From NCBI GenBank assembly GCA_963700145.1, contig OY969474.1, positions 1 to 64,000 of the forward strand: a stretch of 64,000 nt of DNA. Reading direction: 5' to 3'. The position numbers and the translations under genes were made by a program. The notes under the pieces are model-generated. The model ran no database searches and was not told where the DNA came from. It saw only the letters and a list, made by a program, of their open reading frames with translations. The stretch's first letter is position 1. Every line of letters starts with the position of its first letter. This document shows positions 44,697-55,136 of the stretch, piece by piece. The DNA comes from an uncultured Acidobacteriota bacterium. GTDB taxonomy: Bacteria > Acidobacteriota > Thermoanaerobaculia > Multivoradales > UBA5704.

Positions 44697-45983
44697 GTGA
44701 AAGAGAAGGACTGGGGCACGCTCCTTTGGAGTTTGCAGCGTCGCAACTGCATCCTTCTTCTGGGACCAGAACTCACGGCCGAAGGCCTGCCGGGAAGCAC
44801 GACGCTTACCGGGGAACTCGCGCGGCAGCTCGCAAGCGATATCGAGCCGCCTTTGCTGGCGACGACGGACTTGCCGCGCGTCGCACAGCAGTACCTTGCT
44901 CAGAATGGTCGCAACGACCTGGAACGAGAAGTTGTCCGTTTCTACGCGGCGCACGAGGACGACTCGTCGGAGATCCACGAAGCGCTCGCCGCCGTGCCGT
45001 TTTACTTTGCCATCACGTCATGCCACGACAGCCTGCTACGGCGCGCCATGGAGAGGGCGGGTAAGGCCCCCTTCGCCGAGCGGTACAACTTCCAGGGCGA
45101 CAAAGAGGACAACGTCCCGATGGGGACGGTTGACCGCCCCCTGATCTATCACCTCTACGGCTCCATCCAGGAGCCGGAATCGCTCGTACTCACCGAAAAC
45201 GATCTTCTCGATTTCCTGGTAGCAGTCGTATCGAAGAACCCATCGCTGCCGGACAACGTCCGCAGTGCGCTGCAGAAGAAGGGCAAGAATTTTCTCTTCC
45301 TCGGCTTCGGGATCAGGCACTGGTATCTCCGCATCCTGCTCCACCTCTTAAAGTTCAATCAATCCGACAGTCGCTCGTTCGCCCTTGAGGCATTTCAGGC
45401 CCAGAACTTTCCGGACCTCGAGCAGACGGTCCTCTTCTACAAGACCGGCTTCAAGATCGAGGTGTTCGACACCGAGATCGAGACCTTCGTCCAGGAGCTC
45501 CGCGAGCGCTACCAGGCGATGTCGCCCTCCCTCGAGGCGCCGCCGTCCGGCAGGGGCCTGCGCCAAGCGCGCGTCTTCCTCTCCTATGCCAGTGAGGATC
45601 AAGCGACCGCCAGACGGCTGTGCCAGGAGCTGCGAGAGGGCGGACTTGATCCCTGGATGGACAAGACGGGGCTCGGCCCGGGGGTGGAATGGGACGGGAT
45701 GATCGAGGAGAAGCTCGAGGAGGCGGACTATGTCTGCGTCCTCCAGAGCCGGGCCCTTGCGGACAAGAGATTCAGCTACGTCAACAAAGAGATCAAGCTT
45801 GCCCTCGAGCGCCAGAGGTATGCCCAAAAGGGAGTGCTCTACCTCATCCCTCTCCAGATCGACGACGGTCCACGATTGGACATCCTCAAGGAGCTCGAAA
45901 CCTTGTCGCTGCGCGACGATGACGCGGTCAGGAGTTTGGTCACCACGATCAAGCGGGACTTCCAGCGCCGCGGAAGGCAGTAG
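44697..45983 (+). CDS. Degenerate SIR2-like domain fused to C-terminal TIR domain
   Basis: SIR2 variants ILLLGPEL, ITSCHD, IYHLYGS, LVLTEND, FLFLGFG; TIR VFLSYASED, PWMD, YVNKEI..AL. Confidence 0.85.
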   Translation: MKEKDWGTLLWSLQRRNCILLLGPELTAEGLPGSTTLTGELARQLASDIEPPLLATTDLPRVAQQYLAQNGRNDLEREVVRFYAAHEDDSSEIHEALAAVPFYFAITSCHDSLLRRAMERAGKAPFAERYNFQGDKEDNVPMGTVDRPLIYHLYGSIQEPESLVLTENDLLDFLVAVVSKNPSLPDNVRSALQKKGKNFLFLGFGIRHWYLRILLHLLKFNQSDSRSFALEAFQAQNFPDLEQTVLFYKTGFKIEVFDTEIETFVQELRERYQAMSPSLEAPPSGRGLRQARVFLSYASEDQATARRLCQELREGGLDPWMDKTGLGPGVEWDGMIEEKLEEADYVCVLQSRALADKRFSYVNKEIKLALERQRYAQKGVLYLIPLQIDDGPRLDILKELETLSLRDDDAVRSLVTTIKRDFQRRGRQ

Positions 45984-45985
45984 GG

Positions 45986-48900
45986 ATGGCCGCCACCTTC
46001 CACTCCCGCTACCCCGGGGCGCGCTCCTTCCAGGACGATGACGTCGATCGCAAGCTCTTCCGAGGCCGCGACAGAGAAAAGGAATCTCTGCTGCACCTGG
46101 TGCTCGCCGAGGATCTCGTCGTCGTCTACGCGAAGTCGGGCATGGGAAAGACGTCGTTGCTCAACGCAGGGCTGATGGAGCCGCTGCGCGAGGAGGGGTA
46201 TCTGCCCATGAGTGTTCGTCTGAACGACCCCGCGGCGGGGCCCTTCCGGACGCTCTACGACGGCATCGCCGAAAAGGCCACCCAACAGGGAATCGAGCAC
46301 GTCTCTGGCGACGAGACCTCGCTGTGGCACTTCTTCAAGACGCTCGAGCTGTGGCGCGGCGACGATCTGCTCACGCCGGTGCTGATCCTCGATCAGTTCG
46401 AGGAACTCTTCACCCTGCAGTCGCGCGCGAACCGGCGCGCCTTCATCGACCAGCTCGCGGACCTGGTCCGCGGCAAGGTGCCTCAAGACCTCGCCGAGAG
46501 CCGCGGCCTCGAGGACGATCGCCGTTTGAGCCCCTCCGCACCCCTGATCAAGGTGGTGCTCGCGATCCGCGAGGACTTCCTCGGCAACCTGGAGGAGCTG
46601 GGTCGCAAGATTCCGAATATCTTGAATACCCGCTTCCGCCTCGGCCCGCTCAGTCGAGACGAAGCGCGGCGGGCGATCAGCGAGCCGGCGCGGGTTCTCG
46701 ACGAGCAGATCCCCACCGCGCGCTTCGACTACGAGCCCGCGGCCGTCGAGGCGATCCTCGACTTCCTCGCCGAGCGCCATCTGCAAGGGGGGGTCGACAC
46801 CACCCCCGAGATCGAACCATTCCAGCTCCAGCTCATATGCCAGCACGTCGAGTCGATCGTGGCTGCGCGCCAGGCGGCCTCCGGAGCCGTAGCGCCGATC
46901 ACTTACGACGACCTCGGGGGAGACGCTGGCATCTACGAGATGCTCAAGGGATTCTGTGACAGCCAGATCGGGGCGATCGCGGACACCTACGGCAGGCGCG
47001 CGCTTTACCGGCTATGTGAGCAGGGGTTGATCAGCCCGCACGGCCGCCGCCTGAGCCTCGAGGAGGGCGAGATCGAGCGCCGATTCCGTGTGCCCAAGGA
47101 AGCCCTGCACCACCTGGTGAACCGGCGCCTCCTCAGAGCTGAGCCGCGGCTCGGGAGTTTCTCCTACGAGCTAAGCCATGACACCTTGGTCGCGCCGATC
47201 CTCGCCTCGCGCGAGCGCCGTGCGCGGTCCCGGCGACTATGGGCAGGCGGCGCGGCCCTCGCGGCGGTGCTCGTCGTGGTCGCCGTCTTCGGCAGGCGCG
47301 GCTACGTCCATGGGCAAGAGGATGCCCTGGCCGACGACGCGCGACGGATCGGCGAGTACCTAGCGAGCGATCCCCCGCGGGCCCTCGTCCTGGCTGTGGA
47401 CGCGACCGGCCGTAGCCTCTCGCTCTACGGCGAGCCCACGCCCCAAATCTCCCTCGAATTGGCCAAGGTGGTCGAGAAGGCCCGCTTTACGCGCTCACGG
47501 ATCCTCCAGGAGATGCAGCCAACGGCCAGCGCCCTCGCCCCCGGAGGAGAGATCGCCGCGACCGGGACCGAGGATGGCAGGATCGTTCTCTACGATACCG
47601 CAGGTAACCGTCTGCGCGAGCTCGCTCCAGCCGGGGGAGGGCCGGTCACGCAACTTGCGTTCAGCCCCGGGGGCCAATGGATCGCAGCGGTGACAGGGGA
47701 GCGGCTGCGGCTCTGGAGCCGGGAGGGCCGGTCCGAAGGCCATCCCTACGCGGTCACGGGCGGCGTGCGGGCGATCGCCTTCCGCCCGGGCGACGACTGC
47801 TTGGCCGTGGCCACACCAGCGGGGCTGCGCCTTCTGGAGATCGCGAAGAAGCGGTGGAGCGGCGGGAAGCCGCAGGGCGGAATTACGCGCTTGACCTTCA
47901 GTCACGACGGCGAGCGGCTGCTCTCTTTGCATCAGGACGGCACGGCTCGCGTATGGGGCGTGCCCTCGCCGGGGGCGCTGTCCAATGCGAGCAGCGCCCT
48001 GGCGGTGATCAGCTCGCCCAATGATTGGTCGTTCGGCGGCAACCGGCGGGCCCTACTTAAGCCTGATGGGATCTGGATCGGGGACCGCGGGACCAGGCGT
48101 CTGCGCCCGCTCACAGGGATCGGCGAGAGCCCGACATCGCTGGCCCTGAGCCCCGACGGCAAGAGCATCGCTGTTGGATTGTACGCCGGCGGTTTCGAGC
48201 TGCATCGCCTCGAAAAAGAACGCAAGGCAGCGAAGGCCACTGGCAGCGCCACCCCTGCCACCGCCGGCTCCAAGGCAGTCGCGACGCGGATCTTCGAGAA
48301 GCCTCAGGGCACTGCTACGACGGCGCTGGCTCTAGATTCGACGACGGACTTCGCGGCGACCGGCGAGGCTGACGGCACGATTACGTTTTGGAACCGCACA
48401 ACCGGAGATTTCACGGCTCAGGAGAGAGCTCACGAGGGTTATATCTTCGCCCTCGCCATCGATCGCAAGGAGCACCGGCTGATCAGCGGTGGCAGCGATT
48501 GCGCAATCAGAATCTGGAGCCTCGATCGTAAGCTGTTGCGTGATCTCACGCGCAGCGGCGAGAACTGTGCAGTGATGGGTCTAGCCGTCCACCCAGGGGC
48601 GGAGTTTTTCGCCCTTGGTGACCGGGCAGGACATATCGAGACGTGGAGCTTCGACGGCCGACGCCTCTCGTCGTCCACAAGCGAGCCGGTTCTCGCCCTG
48701 GCGATAGGCCCCAAGGGCGTCGTGAGCTCGGCGCACTTCGACGGCGCAGTGCGTGAATGGTCAACCGACCAGGGCCGAGATCTCTCCCTACTCGACGAAG
48801 TTCCTGCTCCCCATCTGCTGATGACGGCCGCAACCTTTGCCCCGGATGGCGCCATCGTGCTCGGCGGTGAGGACGGCCGCTGGCGGATGGTTCCCCAGGA

Positions 48901-51900
48901 GAGCTACATGCAGGATCCGGGCGACGGTGTGATCAGGTTCGACGAGAGCGGCGAAGGGGTCAAGACGCAGGATGCCCACAAGGCGGCTGTGCAAGTCCTG
49001 GCCTTCAGCTCGGACGGCCTGAGCCTGGTTAGTGGCGACGCGGTGGGCGGCCTGCGCCTGTGGAGCGCGGAGGGTGAGCTGCTAAGTGACCCCATCCCGG
49101 GCCGGGGGTCGCCCACGACTGCCGCCGGCTTCAGCGGCGATGGCGAGAGCGTGCTGGCCCTTGCCCGTGACCTCACGCTGACAATCTGGGACCGCCACGG
49201 CATGAACCCACCGGGTGTTCCGGAGGCTCAGATCGGCGAAGGCTTTGGTCTCGCTATCGATCCTAAGGGAGCATTTTTCGCCACGATCTCTGACAGTGGC
49301 GACGGCAAGCAGTTGGCCGTATGGGATCTGCATACAGCCCGGAAGCTGAGCTGGTCTAGCGAGATCGAGCAGTGCTCGCCTGCAGGCATCGCCATCCGCC
49401 CGGACGGGTTGGGGATGGCTGTCGGCTGCGAGGACGGGCATATTGCCATGGTGGATGCTTGGTTGGACGAGCTGCCCAGCGCGTCCAAGAAGCCGGGCGC
49501 CGCCGTCCGGGCACTCGCCTTCGATCCACAAGGGCAGTACTTTGCGGCCGGCGACGACGATGGAAGGCTGGGCCTCTGGGACGCGCGAGGGAGGCCTCTC
49601 GCCGCGCCGCCATGGCCGGCGCATGCGGGTCCCGTGCTCGCGCTCGCGGTAAGCCCGGACGGCAACTGGATCGCTAGCGCCGGCGGCGAGGCGCCACCCG
49701 CCGGCGCTGGAGCGGTCCGCAAGGACGACTCCAACGTCAAATTGTGGAACCGTTGGAAACCGGGCGAGGTCGTTTGGCCACGTCCCTGGAATGTTCTCTC
49801 CAGCCACCCGCGTCGCGGCATCAACTCCTTGGCCTTTAGCCCCGACGGTAGAACCCTAATCACCGGCGGGGATGACGGGATGGTCCGCTTCTGGAACGTC
49901 GAGGACGGCACGGAGCAGCAGATCCTGGAGACCCAGGGAGGTCGCGTCGCCTCGGTCGCCTTCAGCCCCGACGGTACGCAAATCCTCACCGCGGGCTTCG
50001 ACGGCAACCTCCGGCTCTGGGATCTTCAGCGTAATCTGCTCGCGCTGGCCCTCCCCATCCGCGCCAATGCCGGGCCTGGAGAGGAGTTAGCCGTTCAGGC
50101 GGCCTTTGCCCCCGGGGGAGACCTCCTCGTCAGTAGCGCGGCGCAGGGGAGGTCACTGCTCCGGCGAGGGAGCTGGCGCGGGTGGCTGCAGGTCGCCTGC
50201 CATCGCCTGCGCCGCGATGATGGCTGGCGCCGTCCCAGCCTACCCGGCGAGCGCAAGGCCCGAGAAACCTGCGAGCGGTGGGCTGGGCCCGACGACGATC
50301 CATGGAGCGGGCTGGCATCCGCCGGACAGGCACCGCCGGGCTCCACGCCCCTCCATCGGGCTGTCGTGATGGGGGTTGTGGGAGACGTGACGTCTCTGCT
50401 CCTCGAGGGGCAGGACCCCAACGTCCGCGATGCAGCGGCCCGGACGCCGCTCGCCCTTGCGGTTGCGGCGGGCCGTGCCGAGGCGGCCCGGGCGCTCCTC
50501 GCCAACCACGCGGATCCCAGGCTCGGGGACGGCTTCGGCGACACCCCCCTCCACCAGGCCGCCGCCCGCGGTGACTCGATGGTGATCGACCTCCTCCTTC
50601 GCGGCGGGGCCGCGCCGGGCGCACGCAACCGCTACGGCGTGACGCCCCTCATGAACTCGGCCCATCGCGGCCATGCGGCCGCTGCCCGGGCGTTGCTCGA
50701 CAAGGGGGCTCCGGTCGACACGGCGGATGACGGAGGAAACACCGCCTTGATGGACGCTGCCAGAAATGGCCATCTGGATCTTGTGGAGCTATTGATCGCG
50801 CGAGGAGCCGACATCAACCGGGAGAATCGGACTCCGGCGCGGATGACCGCCCTGCGCTGGGCGAGGTACGGAGGACATTCCGGCGTTGTCGATTTCCTCC
50901 AAGCGAAAAGTCTGCGCGTCAGCGAAGACCTGCCCACGGCCGTCCAGCGCATCCACCTGGCGCGCTATGCTCCCGCCCACCTGCGGCCGGCTGCCGCGAC
51001 GCTGGGGCGCTGGTGGACACCGATCCGGAACGAAGTCAGCATGCGGACTTTCCGCTCGGTCCGCGCGATCGCCGAGCAAGGCGACAGCTTTGCGCAGTTC
51101 CTGGTGGGTTACGCCTTGGCGCGGGGGCTAGGAGTCGGCCGCGATCCGGACGCCGCCCTGATTTGGTACCGCCGATCGGCCGAACAGGGCGACCCGCTCG
51201 GCCAAGCCGCGCTCGGGATGGCCTACTGGACGGCCGAAGGTCCGCGTACGCGGCAGGACATGCAACAGGCCCTGCTCTGGAACCAACGATCCGCGGCGCA
51301 GGGTCATCCCGTGGGCCACTGGAACCTCGGCAACATGTACAGCCAGGGTATCGGGGTCGAGAACTCCTCCGGGACCGGCGCCCTCTGTTCTTACCTAGAG
51401 GCCGCCCGCGCGCAACTCGCAGACCTTGTTTGCAGCCCCCCAGTTCCGGCCCAACGCCAATGGGCGCGCGCCGATCCCGCCGCGATCAATTCCGTCGGCT
51501 GGAGTCTCGACAACGGTGCGGGTTACAGAGAGGACTCGCAAGCTGCTTTCGCCTACTTCCGGCGGGCCGCTAGCCAAGGGGACCTGGTCGCCCAGCGCAA
51601 TATCGGCTCGATGTGGCTCTATGGAAGGGCTGTCCCGAGATCTCTCGCGCAAGCCCACGTGTGGCTGCGGCGGGCGGCCGACCAGGGGCACGGCGGTGCC
51701 ATGTCTCTCCTAGGCCATAGCTACCTCTATGGCTTAGGGGTCCCGGCCTCTGCCGTCGAGGCCCTGAGTTGGTACAGACGGGGCGGCGAGGCCGGCAATC
51801 GTTCGTCTCAGCGCCAGACAGGTTGGATGCTGGAGCGCGGCCTCGGGGAGGAGCGGTCGCTGGTCGCCGCCGTGGGCTGGTACCGAAGAGCCGCCGCGCA

Positions 51901-51952
51901 AGGCAGTATTCCCGCCACCCAGAGACTCGAGAGTCTGGGGATAAAGCCGTGA
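45986..51952 (+). CDS. nSTAND1 NTPase - TM helix - WD40 repeats - ankyrin repeats - Sel1 repeats (1988 aa)
   Basis: YPG..SF, YAKSGMGKTSLLNAG, LDQFEELF, IREDF, YELSHD; TM LWAGGAALAAVLVVVAVF; AFSPDG..WD; TPLH.AA; WYRRSAEQGD. Confidence 0.9.
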   Translation: MAATFHSRYPGARSFQDDDVDRKLFRGRDREKESLLHLVLAEDLVVVYAKSGMGKTSLLNAGLMEPLREEGYLPMSVRLNDPAAGPFRTLYDGIAEKATQQGIEHVSGDETSLWHFFKTLELWRGDDLLTPVLILDQFEELFTLQSRANRRAFIDQLADLVRGKVPQDLAESRGLEDDRRLSPSAPLIKVVLAIREDFLGNLEELGRKIPNILNTRFRLGPLSRDEARRAISEPARVLDEQIPTARFDYEPAAVEAILDFLAERHLQGGVDTTPEIEPFQLQLICQHVESIVAARQAASGAVAPITYDDLGGDAGIYEMLKGFCDSQIGAIADTYGRRALYRLCEQGLISPHGRRLSLEEGEIERRFRVPKEALHHLVNRRLLRAEPRLGSFSYELSHDTLVAPILASRERRARSRRLWAGGAALAAVLVVVAVFGRRGYVHGQEDALADDARRIGEYLASDPPRALVLAVDATGRSLSLYGEPTPQISLELAKVVEKARFTRSRILQEMQPTASALAPGGEIAATGTEDGRIVLYDTAGNRLRELAPAGGGPVTQLAFSPGGQWIAAVTGERLRLWSREGRSEGHPYAVTGGVRAIAFRPGDDCLAVATPAGLRLLEIAKKRWSGGKPQGGITRLTFSHDGERLLSLHQDGTARVWGVPSPGALSNASSALAVISSPNDWSFGGNRRALLKPDGIWIGDRGTRRLRPLTGIGESPTSLALSPDGKSIAVGLYAGGFELHRLEKERKAAKATGSATPATAGSKAVATRIFEKPQGTATTALALDSTTDFAATGEADGTITFWNRTTGDFTAQERAHEGYIFALAIDRKEHRLISGGSDCAIRIWSLDRKLLRDLTRSGENCAVMGLAVHPGAEFFALGDRAGHIETWSFDGRRLSSSTSEPVLALAIGPKGVVSSAHFDGAVREWSTDQGRDLSLLDEVPAPHLLMTAATFAPDGAIVLGGEDGRWRMVPQESYMQDPGDGVIRFDESGEGVKTQDAHKAAVQVLAFSSDGLSLVSGDAVGGLRLWSAEGELLSDPIPGRGSPTTAAGFSGDGESVLALARDLTLTIWDRHGMNPPGVPEAQIGEGFGLAIDPKGAFFATISDSGDGKQLAVWDLHTARKLSWSSEIEQCSPAGIAIRPDGLGMAVGCEDGHIAMVDAWLDELPSASKKPGAAVRALAFDPQGQYFAAGDDDGRLGLWDARGRPLAAPPWPAHAGPVLALAVSPDGNWIASAGGEAPPAGAGAVRKDDSNVKLWNRWKPGEVVWPRPWNVLSSHPRRGINSLAFSPDGRTLITGGDDGMVRFWNVEDGTEQQILETQGGRVASVAFSPDGTQILTAGFDGNLRLWDLQRNLLALALPIRANAGPGEELAVQAAFAPGGDLLVSSAAQGRSLLRRGSWRGWLQVACHRLRRDDGWRRPSLPGERKARETCERWAGPDDDPWSGLASAGQAPPGSTPLHRAVVMGVVGDVTSLLLEGQDPNVRDAAARTPLALAVAAGRAEAARALLANHADPRLGDGFGDTPLHQAAARGDSMVIDLLLRGGAAPGARNRYGVTPLMNSAHRGHAAAARALLDKGAPVDTADDGGNTALMDAARNGHLDLVELLIARGADINRENRTPARMTALRWARYGGHSGVVDFLQAKSLRVSEDLPTAVQRIHLARYAPAHLRPAAATLGRWWTPIRNEVSMRTFRSVRAIAEQGDSFAQFLVGYALARGLGVGRDPDAALIWYRRSAEQGDPLGQAALGMAYWTAEGPRTRQDMQQALLWNQRSAAQGHPVGHWNLGNMYSQGIGVENSSGTGALCSYLEAARAQLADLVCSPPVPAQRQWARADPAAINSVGWSLDNGAGYREDSQAAFAYFRRAASQGDLVAQRNIGSMWLYGRAVPRSLAQAHVWLRRAADQGHGGAMSLLGHSYLYGLGVPASAVEALSWYRRGGEAGNRSSQRQTGWMLERGLGEERSLVAAVGWYRRAAAQGSIPATQRLESLGIKP

Positions 51953-52092
51953 GCCCAAGCGCCATCTCGCTCCGCTCGCTCTTGCGGTTCGACTCGGCGT
52001 AACTCATCGCGCGCCCCTGAGGGGACTTCGCCTGCACGTCCGTCTTATTGGAGGAAGATAGCTGACAGTATCTGCCGCAGGAGGAACCCACC

Positions 52093-54168
52093 ATGCAGGA
52101 CCTCGAAGCCCGCGTCAAAGCGGCGGTTGCCAAGATCGAAGGCCGCGATCCCAAGCTGGCCGATGAGCTGAACGAGCTCCGCGGGAGTGCGAAGACCAAG
52201 AAGGAAGCCAGGGCCCTGGCGCCGGCGATGGCCCTGCGGGGGCTCGCACTGGAGGGGGCGGCTCCCAGGCCGGCGGTCGCGCTCGAAACGATCGTGCTGC
52301 GGGTCGGCCGCCCGGTGCTGGCGGTCGTCCGCGACGAGGCCCTCCTCGAGTTCCAGGACGCGGAGAGCGAGATCTGGCGGCAGCGGCTGACCGACGCGCG
52401 CGACCGCCTGGTGCCGGCCATCAAGGCGGTCGGCCGCATCGAGGTGGAGAACCATCCACGGTTCGAATGGCTCGGGACCGGATGGCTGGTCGCCGACGAC
52501 GTCGTGGTGACGAACCGGCACGTGGCGCGCGAGTTCGGCCGCGGCAGCGGCTCCGGCTTCGTCTTCCGGCCGGGCCGGGCCAACCGGCGGATGACCGCGT
52601 CGATCGATTTCCTGGAGGAGTTCGACCGCCCCGAGAGCCTGGAGTTCCGCCTGCGGCGCATCCTGCACATCGAGGGCGACGGCGGACCCGACGTGGCGCT
52701 GCTCCAGGTCGAGCCGGTTGCGGGAAGGGGCCTGGCGGCGCCGATCAGGCTCGGCGTCCGGAGAGGCGCGGGAGGAGCAGCAGGTGGCCGTGATCGGCTA
52801 TCCGGCGAAGGACAGCCGGATCCCGGACCAGCAGCTCATGCAGGACATCTTCGGCGACGTCTTCGACAAGAAGCGGCTGGCGCCGGGCCAGATCACCGGC
52901 AGCGCGGGCCACGAGCTCGCTGCACGACTGCTCGACGCTCGGCGGCAACTCCGGCTCGGTGGTGCTCGACCTCGAGACCGGCGAGGCGCTCGGTCTCCAC
53001 TTCGCCGGCCGCTTCCTGGAGGCGAACTTCGCGGTGCCCGCCGCGCTCGTCGCGGAGCGGCTGCGGCGGCTCGGCCGCGAGGGTGCGCGCCCCGCCGCGG
53101 CGCGCCCGCCGGCCGGCGCGCGCGGCACTCTCCAGTCGCGCTCCGGCGGCGCCACGGCCTCCGTCGACGACGATCAGCCTACACGATCCCGGTCCGGGTC
53201 ACGGTGGACATCGGCGCTCCGGTCGCCGGCGAGCCGGCCGGGCGCGCAGGGCACGCCACCCGGCGCTCCTCGCGCCGACCCCTGCCGACGTGGGCGACGA
53301 CGAGGACGAGATCCTCCTCGACGTCGAGGCGCGGCCGGAGGACTACGCAGACCGGCCCGGCTACACGGCCGGGCTTCCTCGGCTACGGGTTCGAGGTCGC
53401 CGCTGCCGGCGCTGGGCGCGGAGCTGGAGAGCGACCTGCTCACCTTCGAGGTCGACGGGGAGACGGAGAGCGAGCTCCGCTACCAGCACTTCTCGGTCGT
53501 CATGAGTCAGAGCCGGCGCCTCTGTCTCTACAGCGCGGTGAACATCGACGGCGACCAGTCGCGGAAGGTGAAGCGCACCGGATGGCGGCTGGACCCGCGG
53601 ATCGCCCAAGGAGGCGCAGATCCTCCGCGAGTGCTACGGCAACGCGCCCAAGTTCAGCCGCGGCCACATGACGCGGCGCGAGGACCCGATCTGGGGCTCC
53701 GCAGGGGACGCCAAGCTCGGCAACGCCGACTCCATGCACGTCACCAACGCCGTGCCGCAGATGCAGGTCGTTCAATGCCGGCATCTGGCTCGGCCTCGAG
53801 GACTACGCCCTCGACAACGCGCGCGAGGACGACATGCGGATCTCGGTGTTCACGGGACCGTTCCTGCGCGACGACGACCCGGTCCGCTTCGGCGTCCAGG
53901 TCCCGCGCGACGTTCTGGAAGGTCATCGCGTTCGTCCACGACGAGACGGGCGAGCTCTCCGCCACGGGCTACACGATGTCGCAGGACGACTTCCTGCGCG
54001 AGGAGGAGTTCGTCTTCGGCCAGCACGAGACGTCGCAGGTGCCGATCGTCGCTGATCGAGCAGCGGACCGGGCTGTCGTTCGGCGACCTCGCCTCCCGCG
54101 ATCCGCTCGGCGAGGTGGAGGAGGCCCTGCCGGCGCCGCTGACGGATTTCCGGCAGATTCGGTTCTAG
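52093..54168 (+). pseudogene. Trypsin-like serine peptidase fused to DNA/RNA non-specific (EndoG/NucA-like) endonuclease, frameshifted as sequenced
   Basis: GTGWLV, VTNRHV, DVALL, VIGYP, HDCSTLGGNSGS; LRYQHFSV, YSAVNIDG, SRGHMTRREDP, TNAVPQ, FWKV in successive frames. Confidence 0.82.
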
Positions 54169-54197
54169 GTAGTTCTACCTTCAAGGGAGGTCTCTCC

Positions 54198-55130
54198 ATG
54201 CCTCATGTCACGTTCGTCCACGGCATCGCCAATAAACCCCCGACGGACAAGCTGCTGGACCTCTGGCGGCGCAGCCTGGCGGAGTCCGACGGCCCCGACC
54301 TCGGCAGCGAAGGGGTCACCAGCTCGATGGTCTACTGGGCGGACGTGTTGTACGCCGAGCCGCTCAAGGAGGGCATGGAGGAGAGCGCCACGGACGAGTC
54401 CACGGTCGAGGCCGTGTCGCCCGAGTCCCCGGACCTCGGCGTCGAGAACATGGACGCCGCGGAGCAGCTCTGGGTGGCCGAGCTCGCGGTCAAGCTGGCC
54501 GTCCCGCTCGCCGCCGAGGAGGCGGTCGAGGCCCTGCCCACGCCCGTGCGCGAACAGCTCGAGCGCATCCCCCTGCCCTGGCCGGTCAAGGAGCGGCTCA
54601 TGCGGCGCCTCCTGCGGGACGTCCACCACTACCTCTTCAACGTCGACTACAGCCCACGGCCGGGAGAGACCTTCAAGGTGCAGGACGAGATCCGCGGGCG
54701 GATGATCAAGGCGTTGCAGGAGGGCGCGACCATGCCCGGCCCCCACGTCGTGATCAGCCACAGCATGGGCACGGTGATCGCCTACGACTGCCTGAAGCGA
54801 GTCGGCGACGCACCCGTGGTGGACGGTCTGATGACCATCGGCAGCCCGCTCGGAATCGACGAGGTCCAGGACAAGCTGCGGCCGGAGTGGAGCCGGGACA
54901 ACGGCTTCCCGCACGAGAAGGTCCGCGGCAAGTGGATCAACGTCTACGACCGTCTCGATCCGGTGGCCGGCTTCGATCCGAGCTTCGCCAACGACTACCG
55001 GCGCGGCGGCCAGAGGACGGTCGAGGACGTCAACGAGCAGAACTCCGGCTCGTGGCGCCACAACGTCAGCAAGTACCTGAGCGGGGCGCAGCTCCGGGCA
55101 CGCGTGCGCGAGATGCTGGGCTTGGAGTGA
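54198..55130 (+). CDS. Alpha/beta hydrolase (lipase-like)
   Basis: GGAGG RBS; FVHGI, ISHSMGTVIAYD, TIGSPLG, W.NVYD..DPV, H...KYL. Confidence 0.85.
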   Translation: MPHVTFVHGIANKPPTDKLLDLWRRSLAESDGPDLGSEGVTSSMVYWADVLYAEPLKEGMEESATDESTVEAVSPESPDLGVENMDAAEQLWVAELAVKLAVPLAAEEAVEALPTPVREQLERIPLPWPVKERLMRRLLRDVHHYLFNVDYSPRPGETFKVQDEIRGRMIKALQEGATMPGPHVVISHSMGTVIAYDCLKRVGDAPVVDGLMTIGSPLGIDEVQDKLRPEWSRDNGFPHEKVRGKWINVYDRLDPVAGFDPSFANDYRRGGQRTVEDVNEQNSGSWRHNVSKYLSGAQLRARVREMLGLE

Positions 55131-55136
55131 ACGACG

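Noticed and set aside
51983-52000. GGTTCGACTC as a tRNA fragment or att site
   Set aside because: No paired T-stem or acceptor arm, and it does not match the tRNA-Phe 3' end.
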